A stretch of DNA of 64,000 nucleotides from Chiloscyllium plagiosum (GCF_004010195.1 NC_057718.1:8662494-8726493), one strand, 5' to 3'. Numbered from the stretch's first letter, positions 48,970 through 63,610 are shown. The notes: a model not told the origin generated them from the letters alone. Made by a program: numbers and translations.

Positions 48970-49333
48970 CAAGATTAGAGTGGTGCTGGAAAAGCACAGC
49001 AGATCAGGCAGTATCCGAGGAGCAGGAAAAATCGATGTTTCAGGCAAAAGCCCTTCATCAGGAAGAGCTGAATTCCTGATAAACAGCTTTTGCCCAAAAC
49101 ATCGATTTTACTGCTCCTCAGATGCTGTCTGACCTGCTGTGCTTTTCCAGCACCACTCTAATCTAGACTCTAATCTCCAGCATCTGCAGCAGGAAGAGCT
49201 GAATTCCTGATAAAGAGCTTTTGCCCAAAACGTCGATTTTACTGCTCCTCAGATGCTGCCTGACCTGCTGTGCTTTTCCAGCACCACTCTAATCTAGACT
49301 CTAATCTCCAGCATCTGCAGTACCCACTTCTGC
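48970..49333. mobile_element. PLE family A fold-back with tandemly duplicated right arm, inside a CR1 3' end
   Basis: One left arm, two right arms; 16-bp TSD CTGTTC(G/A)GTATTCAGT (48954, 49334). Confidence 0.85.
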
Positions 49334-49719
49334 CTGTTCAGTATTCAGTTAGTATCAATTAGATCCCCCCCCTCATCCTTCTAAGTTCCATCATATATAG
49401 TCCCAGAGTCCTCAAATATTCCTCAGGTGTTAAACCTTTCATTCTCGGGAACATTCTCATGAATCTCCCTTTCACCGTTGTGCAACAAATACCTGCTCAT
49501 TTAAAATACAAGGCATTTCCCATTAAGACTCTCCAGTGATTTTCTTTTACCATCATCATCCAAATAGGCCCTTCGGCCCACTTAGAGAAAGAGAATGGTG
49601 CCAGCATACACACCAATCATGAGCTAATAGCATTGGCATCACAACACAAGCATCAGGTACTGCAGCCAATGTATAGCAAACCAGGGTATGAATCCAGTGC
49701 TCCACCAAGGGGTAGTTTT

Positions 49720-50035
49720 TATTTACTCATGGGGCATGGATGGCAGTGGCTGGGACAGCATTTATTCCCCATCTCTACTTACCCTGGAGAAAGTGGTGAT
49801 GAACTGCCTTCCTGAAACACTACAGTCCATCTACTGTAGGTATATTCCACCACGCCAATAGGGAGTGAATTCCAGGGTTTTGACCCAGTGACAATGAAAG
49901 AACAGCGAATTATTTCCCAGTCAGGATGGTGAGTGTGTTGGAGAGGAACTTGCAGTTGGGGGTGTTCCCACATATCTGCTGACCTTGTTCTTCTAGATGG
50001 TAGTGGCCATGGGTTTGGAAGGTGCTGTCTGAAGA
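49720..50035 (-). mobile_element. 3' end of an old non-LTR element family (also ~5875-7610 interrupted, ~16580-16815)
   Basis: Shared CAAGTTCC..TCCAA.C.ACTCACCATCCTG..T.GGAAAT..GGGTCAAAA block in several copies. Confidence 0.6.
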
Positions 50036-50071
50036 TCTAGCTTAGTTGCCTCTTTCTTTTGATCGTCTTAC

Positions 50072-50120
50072 GTTTGCCTCCTGTTGTCCTGTAGTCTGAG
50101 CACCAGTGTTGGGCGTGATG
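50072..50120 (-). CDS. Candidate 49-nt exon (ITPNTGAQTTGQQEAN in phase 2-0)
   Basis: aattctgaattcag| acceptor, AAC|gtaaga donor; all three frames open. Confidence 0.4.
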
Positions 50121-50322
50121 CTGAATTCAGAATTGCCAATGGTACATTCTTGATTATTTCCACCTTTATTTCAGCTCTGAACTGTTACCATCCTGGGAAA
50201 AATACTCGAAGGTTAGTGAAAGGATGGAGGCTTTCTTCTAACACACTGGACCAAGCAGGTCCTTTAGATCCCAACCTCAAAGGAGGTTGGTGGCAATCAA
50301 CCAGCTTTCTGGTAATCAGTTA

Positions 50323-50554
50323 GGAAAAAGTGTGGACTGCAGATGCTGGAGATCAGAGTCGCAAGCGTGGTGCTGGAAAAGCACAGCAGGTCAGGCAGCA
50401 TCAGAGGAGCAGGAGAATCAACGTTTCAGGCAGGAGTCCTTCATCAGGAATAGAGGCCTCATTCGTGATGAAGGGCTTATACCCGAAACATTGATTTTCC
50501 TACTCCTCAAGTGCTGCCTGACCTGCTGTGCTTTTCCAGCAAGACGCTGTTGAC
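50323..50554. mobile_element. PLE family A fold-back
   Basis: Inverted arms; 16-bp TSD TTCTGGTAATCA(G/A)TTA (50307, 50555). Confidence 0.85.
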
Positions 50555-52157
50555 TTCTGGTAATCAATTATTCAACCAGCCTATACAACATGGTGAGCAG
50601 TGTTAAGGGTTCACTAGATAATGCATGCCTCAGTCCCTGTCTTGACTTGAAAACCCTGCTGGTTGCCCCAGTCAAGAACTACAGAAAAACTAGAGTTAAA
50701 TCATAAAATCTCCCCCAGTAGAGATTTTTGATTGAAGAAGCCAGCTAACAATCTCAGCTGCAGAAAGGAACAACGTAGGTGACAAGAGAATCATCCAAAT
50801 CATAGAGATGTACAGCACAGAAACAGACTCTTCAGTCCAACCTGTCCATGCCAACCAGATATCCTAAATTAACCTAGTCCCATTTGCCAGCATTTGGCCC
50901 ATATCCCTCAAAATCCTTTCTATTCATGTACCTATCCAGATGCCTTTTAAATGTTGCAATTGTACCAGCCTCCATCACTTCCTCTGGCAGCTCATTCCAT
51001 ACAGACACCACCTTCTATGTGAAAATGGTCTCTTTCGTATATTTCCACTCTCACTTTAAACCTATGCCCTCAAGTTTTGGACTCCCCTCTACTGGGAAAA
51101 AAGCCTTTGGCTATTCATCATATCTATGATTTGAAAACTTCTATAAGGTCACCGCTCAGCCTCCAGCACTCCAGGGAATAGCCCCAGCCTATTCAGCCTC
51201 TCCCTACAGCTCAAATGGTGGGACTCTGGTGTATTCCCACCCTTGCAACTGTTGATCCTCATTGATAATGGAGGTAGTGGCAGGGTTTTAGATTAGATTC
51301 CCTACAGGGTGGAAACAGGCCCTTTGGCCCAACAAGTCCACACCGACCCGCTGAAGACTAACCCATCCCCCTCTGACTAATGCACCTAACAGCTTTGGAC
51401 AATTTAGCATGGCTAATTCACCTGACCTGCACGTCTTTGGACTGTGGGAGGAAACCGGAGCACCCAGAGGAAACCCACGCAGACACAGGGAGAATGTACA
51501 AACTCCACATAGACAGTCACCCGAGGCTGGAACTGAACCTGGCGCTGTGAAGCAGCAGTGCTAACCACTGAGCCATCATACCAAATGACCTCCTTGGAGT
51601 GCTATAGCGCTTCTTTGATTCCTTAATTATTAAATTTGAATTTTACATGGGATATGGGTATCTCTGGTAAGGCCAGCATTTGTTGTCCATCTCTAATTAC
51701 CCATAAACTGAGTGCTTTGCTATGATCTTTTCAATGGGCAGTTAACAGCCAGACCCATTACTGTGGGCCTGGAGTCACACATAGGCCATGTTGGGTAGGG
51801 ATGGGAGGTTTCCTTCTGAAGTGAACCAAATGGATGTCAAACTGCTATTCCTGAAATCAGCTTTAAATTCCAGATTATTTTGAATGCTACCAGCTGCCTT
51901 GTTCCAGTTTGATCCAGGCTCTCTAATCAGAGAGTCCATTGTACATCTCTAGCACAGGTGGGAATTGAGCCTGGATCTCTTGGCTCAGAGATAGGGACAC
52001 TACCTCAGTAGCCCCCACCCAGTGATTAGATTTCTTACGGTGTGGAATCAGGCCTTTTGGGCCAACAAATCCACACTGACCCTTCGAAGACCCATTCCCC
52101 CCTGACTAATGCACCTCACACTATGGGCAGTTAGCATGGCCAATTCGCCTGGCCTGC

Positions 52158-52879
52158 ACATCTTTAGATTATGGGAGGAAACCGGAGCACCCACGCAGAC
52201 ACGGGGAGAACGTGCAAACTCCACACAGAGACAGCCACCCGTGGCGGGAATTGAACCCGAGTCCCTGGCGCTGCGAGGCAGCAGTGCTAACCACTGAGCC
52301 TCTATGCTACCCTAGTGTTGCCTGGACATTTGCCTGGGTCTCTAGATTACCAGGCAAGTAAAATTATCACACCAAGTCACTCTTAAGACATCTCAGTTAG
52401 ATCATACCTCAAATGTCCGCGCTCAGGGAAAGCCCCATTACAGTAGGCCTTATGATTTAACTCTTCTAGTCCTCAGATCATTCTGGTTAATTTAAACTGC
52501 ACCCCTTCCAATTCACATCTTTAGATTATGGGAGGAAACCTGAGCACCCGGAGGAAACCCACGCAGACACGGGGAGAACGTGCAAACTCCACACAGACAG
52601 TCACCCGAGGCGGGAATTGAACGCGAGTCCCTGGCGCTGTGAGGCAGCAGTGCTAACCACTGAGCCTCTATGCCACCCTAGTGTTGCCTGGACATTTGCC
52701 TGAGTCTTAGATTACCAGGCAAGTAACATTATGACACCAAGTCACCCTTAAGACATCTCAGTTAGATCATACCTCAAATGTCCGCGCTCAGGGAAAGCCC
52801 CATTACAGTAGGCCTTATGATTTAACTCTTCTAGTCCTCAGATCATTCTGGTTAATTTAAACTGCACCCCTTCCAATTC
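52158..52879. repeat. ~360-bp tandem duplication (SINE 5' half plus flank)
   Basis: CACATCTTTAGATTATGGG...ACCCCTTCCAATTC twice, junction at ~52514. Confidence 0.9.
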
Positions 52880-53239
52880 CTGTTTGCCAATGGGTTAATG
52901 TATTAGTGACAGCAGCTGATAGACTGAGAGACCAAATTGACCTGATGATAATTAATATTCCATAGCTTGTTGGCACCAAAGCACTGGTGTCTGACTATCC
53001 TGTCATGTTCCACTGTAAATGATTAGAATTGCCTACACTCTCACTAAAATTAGCAAAGTTCTCTGGCTCTGCCCCAGAATTGAAAAAAGGAAACAACAGA
53101 TGGCAACCGAACAAAATTAGTGGATGAATTCACTGATCCCACGCTCTCAGTGGGGAGTCACATTCAGAGTCAGCATGGGTTGGAAATTCACACAAGTTCC
53201 AAGGTGCCTGTAAACACAGTAGGGCCAGTTTGCTATTAC

Positions 53240-53251
53240 TCAGTGTATCCA
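53240..53251 (-). CDS. Candidate 12-nt microexon TGGATACACTGA
   Basis: Strong acceptor tttctcttctgttcctgtgttcgttccag|, weaker donor |gtaata. Confidence 0.35.
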   Translation of the reverse strand, partial: WIH

Positions 53252-53433
53252 CTGGAACGAACACAGGAACAGAAGAGAAATACAGAACTCAAGAAACAAG
53301 GCCAGGAATAGTCTATTGAGTTTGCTGCAGAAGGCAATATGATCATAAGAACTTAACAACATTAGAAATAAGCGGTCATCTGGCCTGCTCCGCCATTCAA
53401 TAAGATCATGGCCTATCTTTTTGTGGACTCAGG

Positions 53434-53562
53434 CGAAAGTGAGGACTGCAGATGCTGGAGATTAAAGTCGAGAGTGTGGTGCTGGAAAAGCACAACAGGT
53501 CAGGCTGCATCCGAGGGGCTGGACAATCGACCTTTCTGGCTAAAGCCCTTCACCAGGAAGGC
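53434..53562 (-). mobile_element. PLE family A single terminus
   Basis: Perfect 15-bp TSD TTTTGTGGACTCAGG (53419, 53563). Confidence 0.85.
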
Positions 53563-54701
53563 TTTTGTGGACTCAGGTTTTTGGGGGCTCAGCTCCACTT
53601 CCCCACCTGCTCACCATAACCCTTAACTCATTTACTGTTCAAAAATCTATCTTTGCCTTAAAAACATTCAATGAGCTAGCCTCAACTGCTTCACTGGGCG
53701 GGGAATTCCACAGATTCACAACCTTTTGGAAGAAGGACTTCCTCCTCAACTCTGTCCTAAATCTCCTCCCCCTTATTTTGATGTTCTTCCCCCTTAGTTC
53801 TCGTTTCACCCACCAATGGGAACAACCTCTCTGCTTCTACCTTATCTATTCCATTCATACGTTTTATATTTCCACAAGATTCCCCCTCATTCTTCTAAAT
53901 TCCAATGTATAGTCCCAGTCTATTCAATGTCTCCTTATAAGGCAATGAGGCTTCCAGTACTTACCCTCTCAAGCCAACTCTCTACATCCCTTGATTATCT
54001 GAAGCCTTAGATTCAATGATGGAACTTTCACAACCCTCCAGGGTAGATATTTCCAATGATTCACCTTGCGCTGCGTGAAGAAATCTCTCCTCATCTCAAT
54101 GCCAATCATCCCCTTATCCAGAAGCTGAGTCCCCGTATTTTAGATTTCCCAATCATTGGAGACAATCACTCAGCGACCACATTATCAAGCACCCCAGGGC
54201 TCTGCATAATCCATTGACATCACCTCTCATTTTTCAAAACTCCAGAGAACATGAATCCCATTTCCTCAGCCTCTTATTGTGGAGCAGTGCCCTTATTCCA
54301 AGGGACTATTTTAGGACAAAAGAACATAGAACCAGGAGAACACATCTCAACTCCTCCAGAAAATATATAGCAATTACACAAACTCAGGATGTTGCAAACT
54401 GCTTTCCAAAGACTGAAATATCTATTCACCATAAAATCCTTACAGTGCAGATAGAGGCCATCAACACTGACCCTCAAAAGAGCATCCAAGCCTCATATTT
54501 CCATATGGGGTCCTTTGGGTCTAATCTCTCCCTCAAGGGAAACATCCTTTCAGCATCAATTCTGTTATTTGCCTCAGGATCTAATACAATTCAATAAGAT
54601 TCTTCTAAATTCCAATAGATAGAGGTCCAACCTATCCCTGTAAGATAAATATCTCTTCCTGGGATCCATTTGAATAAAACATCTCTGACCTGCTTCGAAT
54701 A

Positions 54702-57700
54702 CAATAGACAATAGACAATAGGTGCAGGAGTAGGCCACTCTGCCCTTCGAGCCAACACCACCATTCGTTATGATCATGGCTGATCATCCTCAATCAGTAT
54801 CCTGCTCCTGCCTTATCCCCATAACCCTCGATTCCACTATCCTTAAGAGCTCTATCCAACTCTTTCTTGAAAGTATCCAGAGACTGGGCCTCCACAGCCT
54901 TCTGGGGCAGAGCATTCCATACACCCACCACTCTCTGGGTGAAGAAGTTTCTCCTCAACTCTGTTCTAAGTGGCCTACCCCTTATTTTTAAACTAAGTGG
55001 CCTACCCCTTATTTCAGGACTCACCCATCAGTGGAAACATGCTTCCTGTCTCCAGAATGTCCAATCCTTTAATAATCTTATACGTCTCAATCAGATCCCC
55101 TCTAAACTCAAGCGTATACAAGCCCAGTCGCTCCAATCCTTCAGCGTAAGATAGTCCCGCCATTCTGGGAATTGACCTCGTGAACCTACATTGCACTCCC
55201 TCAATAGCCAGAATGTCTTTCCTCAAATTTGGAGACCATAACTGTGCACAATATTCCAGGTGTGGTCTCACCAGGGCCCTGTACAGCTGCAGAAGGACCT
55301 CTTTGCTTCTATACTCAATTCCTCTTGTTATGAAGGCCAGCATGCTATTAGCTTTCTTCACTGCCTGCTGTACCTGCATGCTCGCTTTCATTGACTGATG
55401 TACAAGAGCACCTAGATCTCGTTGCACTGCCCCTTTACCTAACTTGACTCCATTTAGGCAGTAATCTGCCTTCCTGTTCTTGCCACCAAAGTGGATAACC
55501 ACACATTTATCCACATTAAACTGCATCTGCCATGCATCTATCCACTCACCTAGCCTGTCCAGGTCACCCTGTATTCTCCTAACATCCTCCTCACATTTCA
55601 CCCTGCCACCCAGCTTTGTGTCATCAGCAAATTTGCTAATATTACTTTTAATAAATTCATCTATATCATTAATGTACATTGTAAAAAGCTGCGGTCCCAG
55701 CACTGATCCCTGCGGCACACTATTGGTCACCGCCTGCCATTCCGAAGGGAAGCCATTTGTCACTACTCTTTGTTTCCTGTCAGCCAACCAATTTTCAATC
55801 CATGTCAGTATTTTGCCCCTAATACCATGTGCCCTAATTTTGCTCACTAACCTCCTGTGTGGGACTTCATCAAAAGCTTTCTGAAAGTCCAGGTATACTA
55901 CATCCACTGGATCTCCCCTGTCCATCTTCAGAGTTACATCCTCAAAAAATTCCAGAAGATTAGTCAAGCATGATTTCGCCTTCATAAATCCATGCTGTCC
56001 CTGACCTATCCTGTTACTGTTATCTAGATGTGTCATAATTTCATCCTTTATAATTGACTGCAGCATTTTTCCCACCACTGAGGTCAGGCTAACCCGTCTA
56101 TAATTCTCTGTTTTCTCTCTCCCTCCTTTCTTAAAAAGTGGGACAACATTAGCCACCCTGAATCTATAGAACATTGGAAAATGATCACGAATGCATCCAC
56201 GATTTCTAGAGCACCTCCTTCAGTGCCCTGGGATGTAGACCATCAGGTCCCAGGGACTTATCAGCCTTCAGACCTAACAGTCTCTCCAACACCTGGCAAA
56301 TATAAATTCCCTCAGTTCAGGTCCTTCAGCCACTATTACATCTGGGAGATTGATTAGATTAGATTACTTACAGTGTGGAAACAGGCCCTTCGGCCCAACA
56401 AGTCCACCCCGACCCTCCGAAGAGCAACCCACCCAGACTCATTCCCCTACATTTACCCCTTCATCTAACATTATGGGCAATTTAGCATGACCAATTCACC
56501 TAACATGCACATTTTTGGACTGTGGGAGGAAACCGGAGCACCCGGAGGAAACCCACGCAGACACGGAGAGAATGTGCAAACTCCACACAGACAGTTGCCT
56601 GAGGTGGGACTTGAACCTGGACCTCTGGCGCTGTGAGGCAGTAGTGCTAACCATTGTGCCACTGTGCCGCCCATTGCTCGTGTCTTCCCCAGTGAAGACA
56701 GATCTAAAGTACCAATTCAACTCTTCTGCCATTTCTTTGTTCCCCATAATAAATTCACCCGTTTCTGTCTTCAAGGGCCCAATTTTAGTCTTAACCATTT
56801 ATTTTCTTTTATATACCTAAAAAAGCCTTTACTATCCTCCTTTATATTTTTGGCCAGTTTACCTTCGTACCTCATTTTTTCTTTGCATATTTCCTTTTTA
56901 GTTATCCTCTTTTGTTCTTTAAAAGCTTCCCAGTCCTCCGTTTTCCCACTTATCTTTGCTATGTTATACTTTTTCACTTTTGTCTTTATATGGTCCTTAA
57001 CTTCCCTCATTCGCCACGGCCACCCCTGCCTCCTCTTAGGATCTTTCTTCCTTTTTGGAATGAACTGCATTATACCCAGAAATACCTGCCATTGTTGTTC
57101 CACTGCCATCCCTGCTAGGGTATTGCACCATTGAACTTTGGCCAGCTCCTCCCTCATAGCTCCATAGTTCCCTTTATTCAACTGAAATATTGTCACTTCC
57201 GATTCTACCCTATCCCTTTCAAACTGGAGATCATTATATTGTGGTCACTACCTCCTAATGACTCCTTTACTTCAAGATCCCTGATGTGTTGCACAACACC
57301 AGATCCAGAATTGCCTTCTCCCTGGTCGGCTCCAGCACCAGCTGTTCTAAGAATCCATCTCGGAGGCACTCCACAAACTCCCTTTCTTGGGGTCCAGTAC
57401 CATCCTGATTCTCCCAGTCCACCTGCATGTTGAAATCCCCCATAACAACTGTAGTAATATCTTTGCGACAGGCCAATTTCAGCTCCTTATTCAACTTACA
57501 CACTACATCCAGGCTACTGTTTGGGGATCTGTAGATAACTCCCATTCGGGTCTTTCTACCCTTAGAATTTCTCAGTTCTATCCATACTGACTCTACATCC
57601 CCTGATTCTAGGTCTCCCTGTGCAGGGGACTGAATATCATTCCTTACCAACAGGACCACCCCACCCCCTCTGCCAGTCAGTCTGTCCTTACGATAGCACG

Positions 57701-57712
57701 TATAGCCTTGAA
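54702..57712 (-). mobile_element. Near full-length CR1 ORF2 relic (APE endonuclease plus RT), frameshifted and SINE-interrupted
   Basis: VVMGDFN and EPTREKAILDLVL (57267-57659); YLDFQKAFD, VPQGSVLGP, KFADDTKL in ORF 55014-56174; (TGTCTAT) tail. Confidence 0.95.
56353..56671 (-). mobile_element. Full-length HE1-type SINE
   Basis: GGGCGGCACAGTGGCACAATGGTTAGC head to (CTAAT) tail; ATTG on both sides. Confidence 0.92.
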
Positions 57713-58889
57713 GTTATGTCCTTTTTAAAAATAACATGAACAAAATAGTCCACAGCACTCCAGCTGTGGTTTTGCCAATGCCCCTCACAACCAGAGTAAA
57801 TCATGTCTACTTTTAAATTTAATTTTCCTTGCAATGTACATCAAAATTCCGTTGTTGATACCTCACCTAAAGAAAGGTTATACCTTCACACTGGACTTTC
57901 AGTCCAGACTCTGGGATCAAGTCTGCACTGAGGCTGACACTGTTCTGAGCCAGAATCAGATCATATGTGACGCAGTTTACATGGACCTGTCTGAGGAACA
58001 GACTAAACCAGGTGACCAGCTTGCCCCGTCAAAACCTCCAGTCATTGGTCAGATGACTGCCATTCCTGAGATAGCTAACTATCACTCTGAGGCAGGCTGT
58101 CTTATAACAGCAGCCTGTGGGACACAGTCCAGTCTTCACCGATTGATTGCGATTGCTGGGTAGAGGAATCCGTCAACCTTGACTTTCAGGGGAAGGCTAG
58201 CTGATTGGTATTCAATTCGACTGCCTAGCACTCACCTCCTCCAAAGTTAATCAATGCTGGATCAATTGTTAATTGTAAGTCTGAGATTGACAGATGTTTC
58301 ATCAGACACTGTTGTTATGTGGGGAATATGGATAGCATAATCATCACCTTCAGTTTCTACATTCCTAAAACTAAATCTTTCTAATATTTCTGAAAATAAT
58401 GCTACCAAATTGGCATCTCAGTTCAATTAAATACACTTTCACTTTAAAATTGAACCAAGGCAGTATGAAGGAAATCTAATTAAAGTGCCTCCCAGAGGTA
58501 TAATTATGACAGTAGCTTTCCTTACCTGTTATTATAAAATAGAAATATCAATAATGTACACATTAATTGTAAAAGCTGTCTCGAATTGGGCATATTTAAT
58601 TGAAATCATATCCTTGAGATACACTGATGTACCGTCATTTAAATCGTTATTCTGCAATTACGTTTCTTAGTTTGATCATCAACTAATTAGCCACATCGTT
58701 CCAATTTATTCTCAGAAAGTGAAAATAAGCTAAACTTTTACTTAACACCATTCAGAACCTTAAGACCCCTCAAAGACGTCACAGTGAAGCACTCTTGAAT
58801 CGTTGTCACTGTTAGAATGTAGGAAACACAGCATCCAATTTGCACACAGCAAGTTCCCACAATCAGTAATGTGTTAACAACCCTGATAA

Positions 58890-59335
58890 TTACAGGGGAA
58901 ATGAGCTATAAAAGTGGAGCTGTTTTGCTGCAATTAAACAGGGCATTGTTGAGACCACATCTGGAGCAGTGCATCAATTATGCTTCCTTCATTTAAGAAA
59001 GGATGTAAATGGGTTAACATTAGTCCAGAGAGAAGGAGAGTACTGGGGATGTGTGCGTTATGTTTCCAGGGAAGGTAGTGCAGGATAGGCTTGTATTAAT
59101 TAGACAGTAGAAGAATATGAAATGATTTTATTAAAATATATAACATCTTGAAGGGACTTGACAGGGTGGATGCTGAAAGGATATTATCCCTGGTGGGAAA
59201 GATTAGAAGTAGGGGCTATGGTTCAACAATAAGGGAACTCCGAATTAAATGGTGGTGAAGACAATTTTATTTTCTCTCAGTGGGTTTTCACTCTGCAACT
59301 TTTGGAAGGGTGGAAAAGACAAAGTGTGGAAGGCA
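58890..59335 (+). mobile_element. Old CR1 3' fragment
   Basis: RALLRPHLEQC and IKIYNILKGLDRVDAE remnants. Confidence 0.7.
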
Positions 59336-59339
59336 GGTA

Positions 59340-59622
59340 GGATAGAGGGAATGTGTGGCAGTTAGAGCGAGGGATGGAGGATAAGGAAAGGAATGGGGCA
59401 GAGGGGTGGGGATGGAGACAGCCAGAAGGAGAGAAGGAAGAGGGACAAGGAATGAACAGAGAGAGAGAAGGGAGAGGCAAGGCATGATAGATGGAAGGAA
59501 GAAAGACAGGATGAAAGAAGAGGGCGGGCAAGAAGAAAGAAAGAGAGAAGGAAGGAGTGTGGAAAGGGAAGCAGGTTGGAGAGGAGGGAAGGAGGAAGGG
59601 AGGGAGAAAAAAAAAGGACAAA
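59340..59622. repeat. Purine-rich low-complexity tract
   Basis: GA-rich composition. Confidence 0.85.
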
Positions 59623-60054
59623 GTTTCTTGTCATTTTTAAGTTGGCAGCAAACACAGAGGCAGCAAAGTAGCATCCTGTGGCAGATAAAGCTGCATGCAG
59701 ATAGCTTGACACGAGCAACCTCAGCATTCACAAACGGTCCTGATTTCAGACCATTGTACGTACACCTGACAATCGATCTTTATAATCCATTATTAAAAAC
59801 ACCACCTGATTCGATGTAAGCAGCAACCAAGCTGCCAATTAATCTCAATTCTGCATCAATCTAAGTCATCAAATTAAGATTTATGAAATAAAATAATGGA
59901 CCGAAGTTAACAACAGCAAAAATGTTGAATTATCCAACAAAACCAAGTAGTCAACGGAACAAAACATCTCATGATTTTACACACCATGCAAAATAACTCT
60001 TAATAATAATAGCACGATACAAAACTCTCCTTTTGATACCTCAATATTATCAAA

Positions 60055-60926
<872 letters not shown>

Positions 60927-61715
60927 ATTTTAAATGATTGAAATGTAAGATGTGAGGAAGAATTTGGCCAAGAAACTCTAAGTAAAATATTTAGTTCACT
61001 CATAAAAAAACCTCATGTACCATTGATGGCATTTAGTGCCATTGGCAGGGCAGAAAGTGAGGGCTAAATATGCATTCTACAGTCCTTGGCATCTCCCATT
61101 CTATACCTGGTAGGACTATTGAAGTAACCGGAATCTGGCAGCCATGTGTTATGCTGCCCAACCCACATTCTGAATTAGGATATCTGTTTCTAAGATCAGG
61201 AATAGAGATCTTATTGCATTGCTGGAATTGATAACAAAGTGATTAAAATTTATATAAAAGATCTACCTGTATCCTGTGCGATCCTGAGATTTTAACATCC
61301 ATCACAAAGGCCATCTTCCAGTTTTGTAAAATGACCTTCCTCTGTCCTGGCTTCAGTGCAACTGCTGATGAAATACCAACCTGGGTTTCGCTAACTTGTC
61401 TATTCCAAGTTGCTTCTCGTTCCCAATTTCCGACCTTCTAAACCTCAGTTTATCCTATACCTTATTCTGAACTAAGTCCCATTTGCCTGACAATACAGAT
61501 TGAACGTTTCCATTATTGTGTTCAAATTCCTTCACAATACATTTTTGTAAACTCTTCCTGCCTTACCACAAGCTAACAGCTCTGTCTTCCTTCACCTCTG
61601 GACTTTTGTATATGTTTCACCTCACTGCCGTTGGGCATATCTTAAACCATCCAAACCGTAAGCTGTGGAAAGCCTCCACTAAACCTCTCCCCTTCCTTAC
61701 CACCGTGCTACCAAG

Positions 61716-62016
61716 GGCAGCACGGTGGTACAATGGTTAGCACTGCTGCCTCACAGCACCAGGATCCCAGCCTCTGGTGACTGTCTGTGTGGAGTTTGCA
61801 CGTTCTCCCTGTGTCTGTGTGGGTTTCCTCCGGGTGCTCCGGTTTCCTCCTAAAGTCCAAAATATGTGCAGGTTAGTGAATTGGTCATGCTAAATTGCCC
61901 ATAGTCAAGGGTGAATATGGGGAATGGGTCTGGGTGGGTAACTCTTCGGAGGGTCGTGTGGACTTGTTGGGCCGAAGGGCCTGTTTCCACACTGTAGGGA
62001 ATCTAATCTAATCTAA
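61716..62016 (+). mobile_element. HE1-type SINE
   Basis: Head, V-domain, (CTAAT)n tail. Confidence 0.9.
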
Positions 62017-62737
62017 TGACCATGTTTTCCTTCATGAAGATGTTTCTTTGGACAATCTCTTCAGCCAACTGTTTTGTCTCCCTTCCCAATATCATTTGTT
62101 CTCCCTGGTGTCAAATCTTCCATATCTCCTGGGAATTTGCCATAGAAATGTTGTTATCTGTGCATTTTCAACCACCAAATAATTAGCCACAACATCCACA
62201 TTTTAGAGTTACTCACTTTCCTGAGAGATATGATTACGTCCTATTTACATACAGAAGGCTTCCTTTCCAAGTTAAATTTGATAAACCTTTGTAATGAATT
62301 TGTGAGAGCATTTATTGAACATTTTGAAAACTCAAACAATTGCTTGTATCAAATTTAAAATTGAGGCTGAAATGATGACTTTTCAAATAAGGAAAAGCAA
62401 TTAAAGGATGTGACTTGCGCTCCTCTGACAAAGGGGAAGGAAGGCTTAACATTTATATTGTGGTGTTCTGAAATGATGTTTTTTTTTAAAGAAAATGACA
62501 ACCTGGAAACCCTTAATTGATTTTTTTTTACGGCCATTTTTGTGTGTCTTGGGCCCACAGTCAAACATTTGCATCACTACACATTTACATATATTTTCCA
62601 AATTCTAAAAGTTTGAAATGAAGATAATCTGAAAAATCACAAAGCTGACCCTAATCCTGATGCAGAAACAATGGCCTTGATGGGGTATGAATGGTGAACC
62701 ATCTCCGACCCAATCAGCACAGCATCCAGCCAATTAC

Positions 62738-62753
62738 CTGGGTACTGAACTGG
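62738..62753 (-). CDS. Candidate 16-nt microexon (or 63-nt exon from 62800)
   Basis: ttggcag| acceptor, CAG|gtaatt donor. Confidence 0.3.
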
Positions 62754-62856
62754 CTGCCAACAAATCGTTCGGCAAAATCACTTGCATAATGGGACCCTAG
62801 CTGAGAGCAACATTCCCAGTTATAATCTAATCGAATTGGAATAAACTATTTGTTAC

Positions 62857-62893
62857 CATATTTGGAGCCCTGAGCAACTGGACCGATAAGGTG
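62857..62893 (-). CDS. Candidate 37-nt exon
   Basis: ccttgttcattcag| acceptor, ATG|gtaaca donor; all three frames open. Confidence 0.35.
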
Positions 62894-63443
62894 CTGAATG
62901 AACAAGGTCTGGATTGGATTCCTTTTTCCCTTTCTTTTGTCACCCAACTTGGAATGGTTGGAATCATGACTGTCGATTTTGATGACACAGGTCGAATTAT
63001 ACAGACGACAAAGCAACCAGAAATGTTTGAAAGAACTCAGCACAATGCTGCCGTCTCCAGAAAAGTAGATAAATCGAATGTCTATATCTTAAATCAACTT
63101 GATGACTAAATCAACAGCACCACCAAATCCAGCTGAAAACCAGCCTTTGAAGAGCTGTACGTTTACTGGAATTGAAATCATATAACCTATCCTCCCATTT
63201 TGTAATCTATTTGTGTGTGGCATGTGTATGTTTAGATGTGTGTATCTGCATCTAGGTGTATGTATGTGTTTGTGTGAGTGTGGATGTGTATATATGTATA
63301 CACATGTGCCTGAGTGTGTGAATGTATGTTTATACAGGTATGGGGTGTTTGTGTATGTGTAGTTGAATGTATGTGTGAATGTATCCATGTTTGTATACGT
63401 GTGTACAAACGTTGTATGTTATATATCATGCCATGGAGGTACT

Positions 63444-63610
63444 GATGCTGGACCAGGGTCGACATAGTCAGAAGTCACACGACTCCAGGTTATAGTTCAA
63501 CAGGTTTATTTGAAATCACAAACTTTCGGAGCGCTGCTCCTTCATCAGATGAAGCCTTCCGAAAGCTCGTGATTTCAAATAAACCTCTTGAACTATAAGC
63601 TGGTGTCATA
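63444..63610. mobile_element. PLE family B fold-back
   Basis: Inverted arms meeting at CTTTCGGAGC..GCTCCTTCATCAG / CCGAAAGCT. Confidence 0.7.

Noticed and set aside
50189..50192. 4-nt candidate microexon GATG (ttttcccag|GATG|gtaaca)
   Set aside because: The downstream intron would be only 68 nt and no frame could be fixed; too likely to arise by chance.
55014..56174. 386-aa ORF as a host gene or active RT
   Set aside because: It is CR1 ORF2; the element is frameshifted, has deletions and is interrupted by a SINE.
56600..56671. tRNA-like sequences with A and B boxes (many copies)
   Set aside because: Each continues into the V-domain and CR1-like tail, so they are SINE heads rather than tRNA genes.
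59277..59819. Overlapping ORFs of 114-147 aa
   Set aside because: Low-complexity purine tract lacking stop codons by composition.
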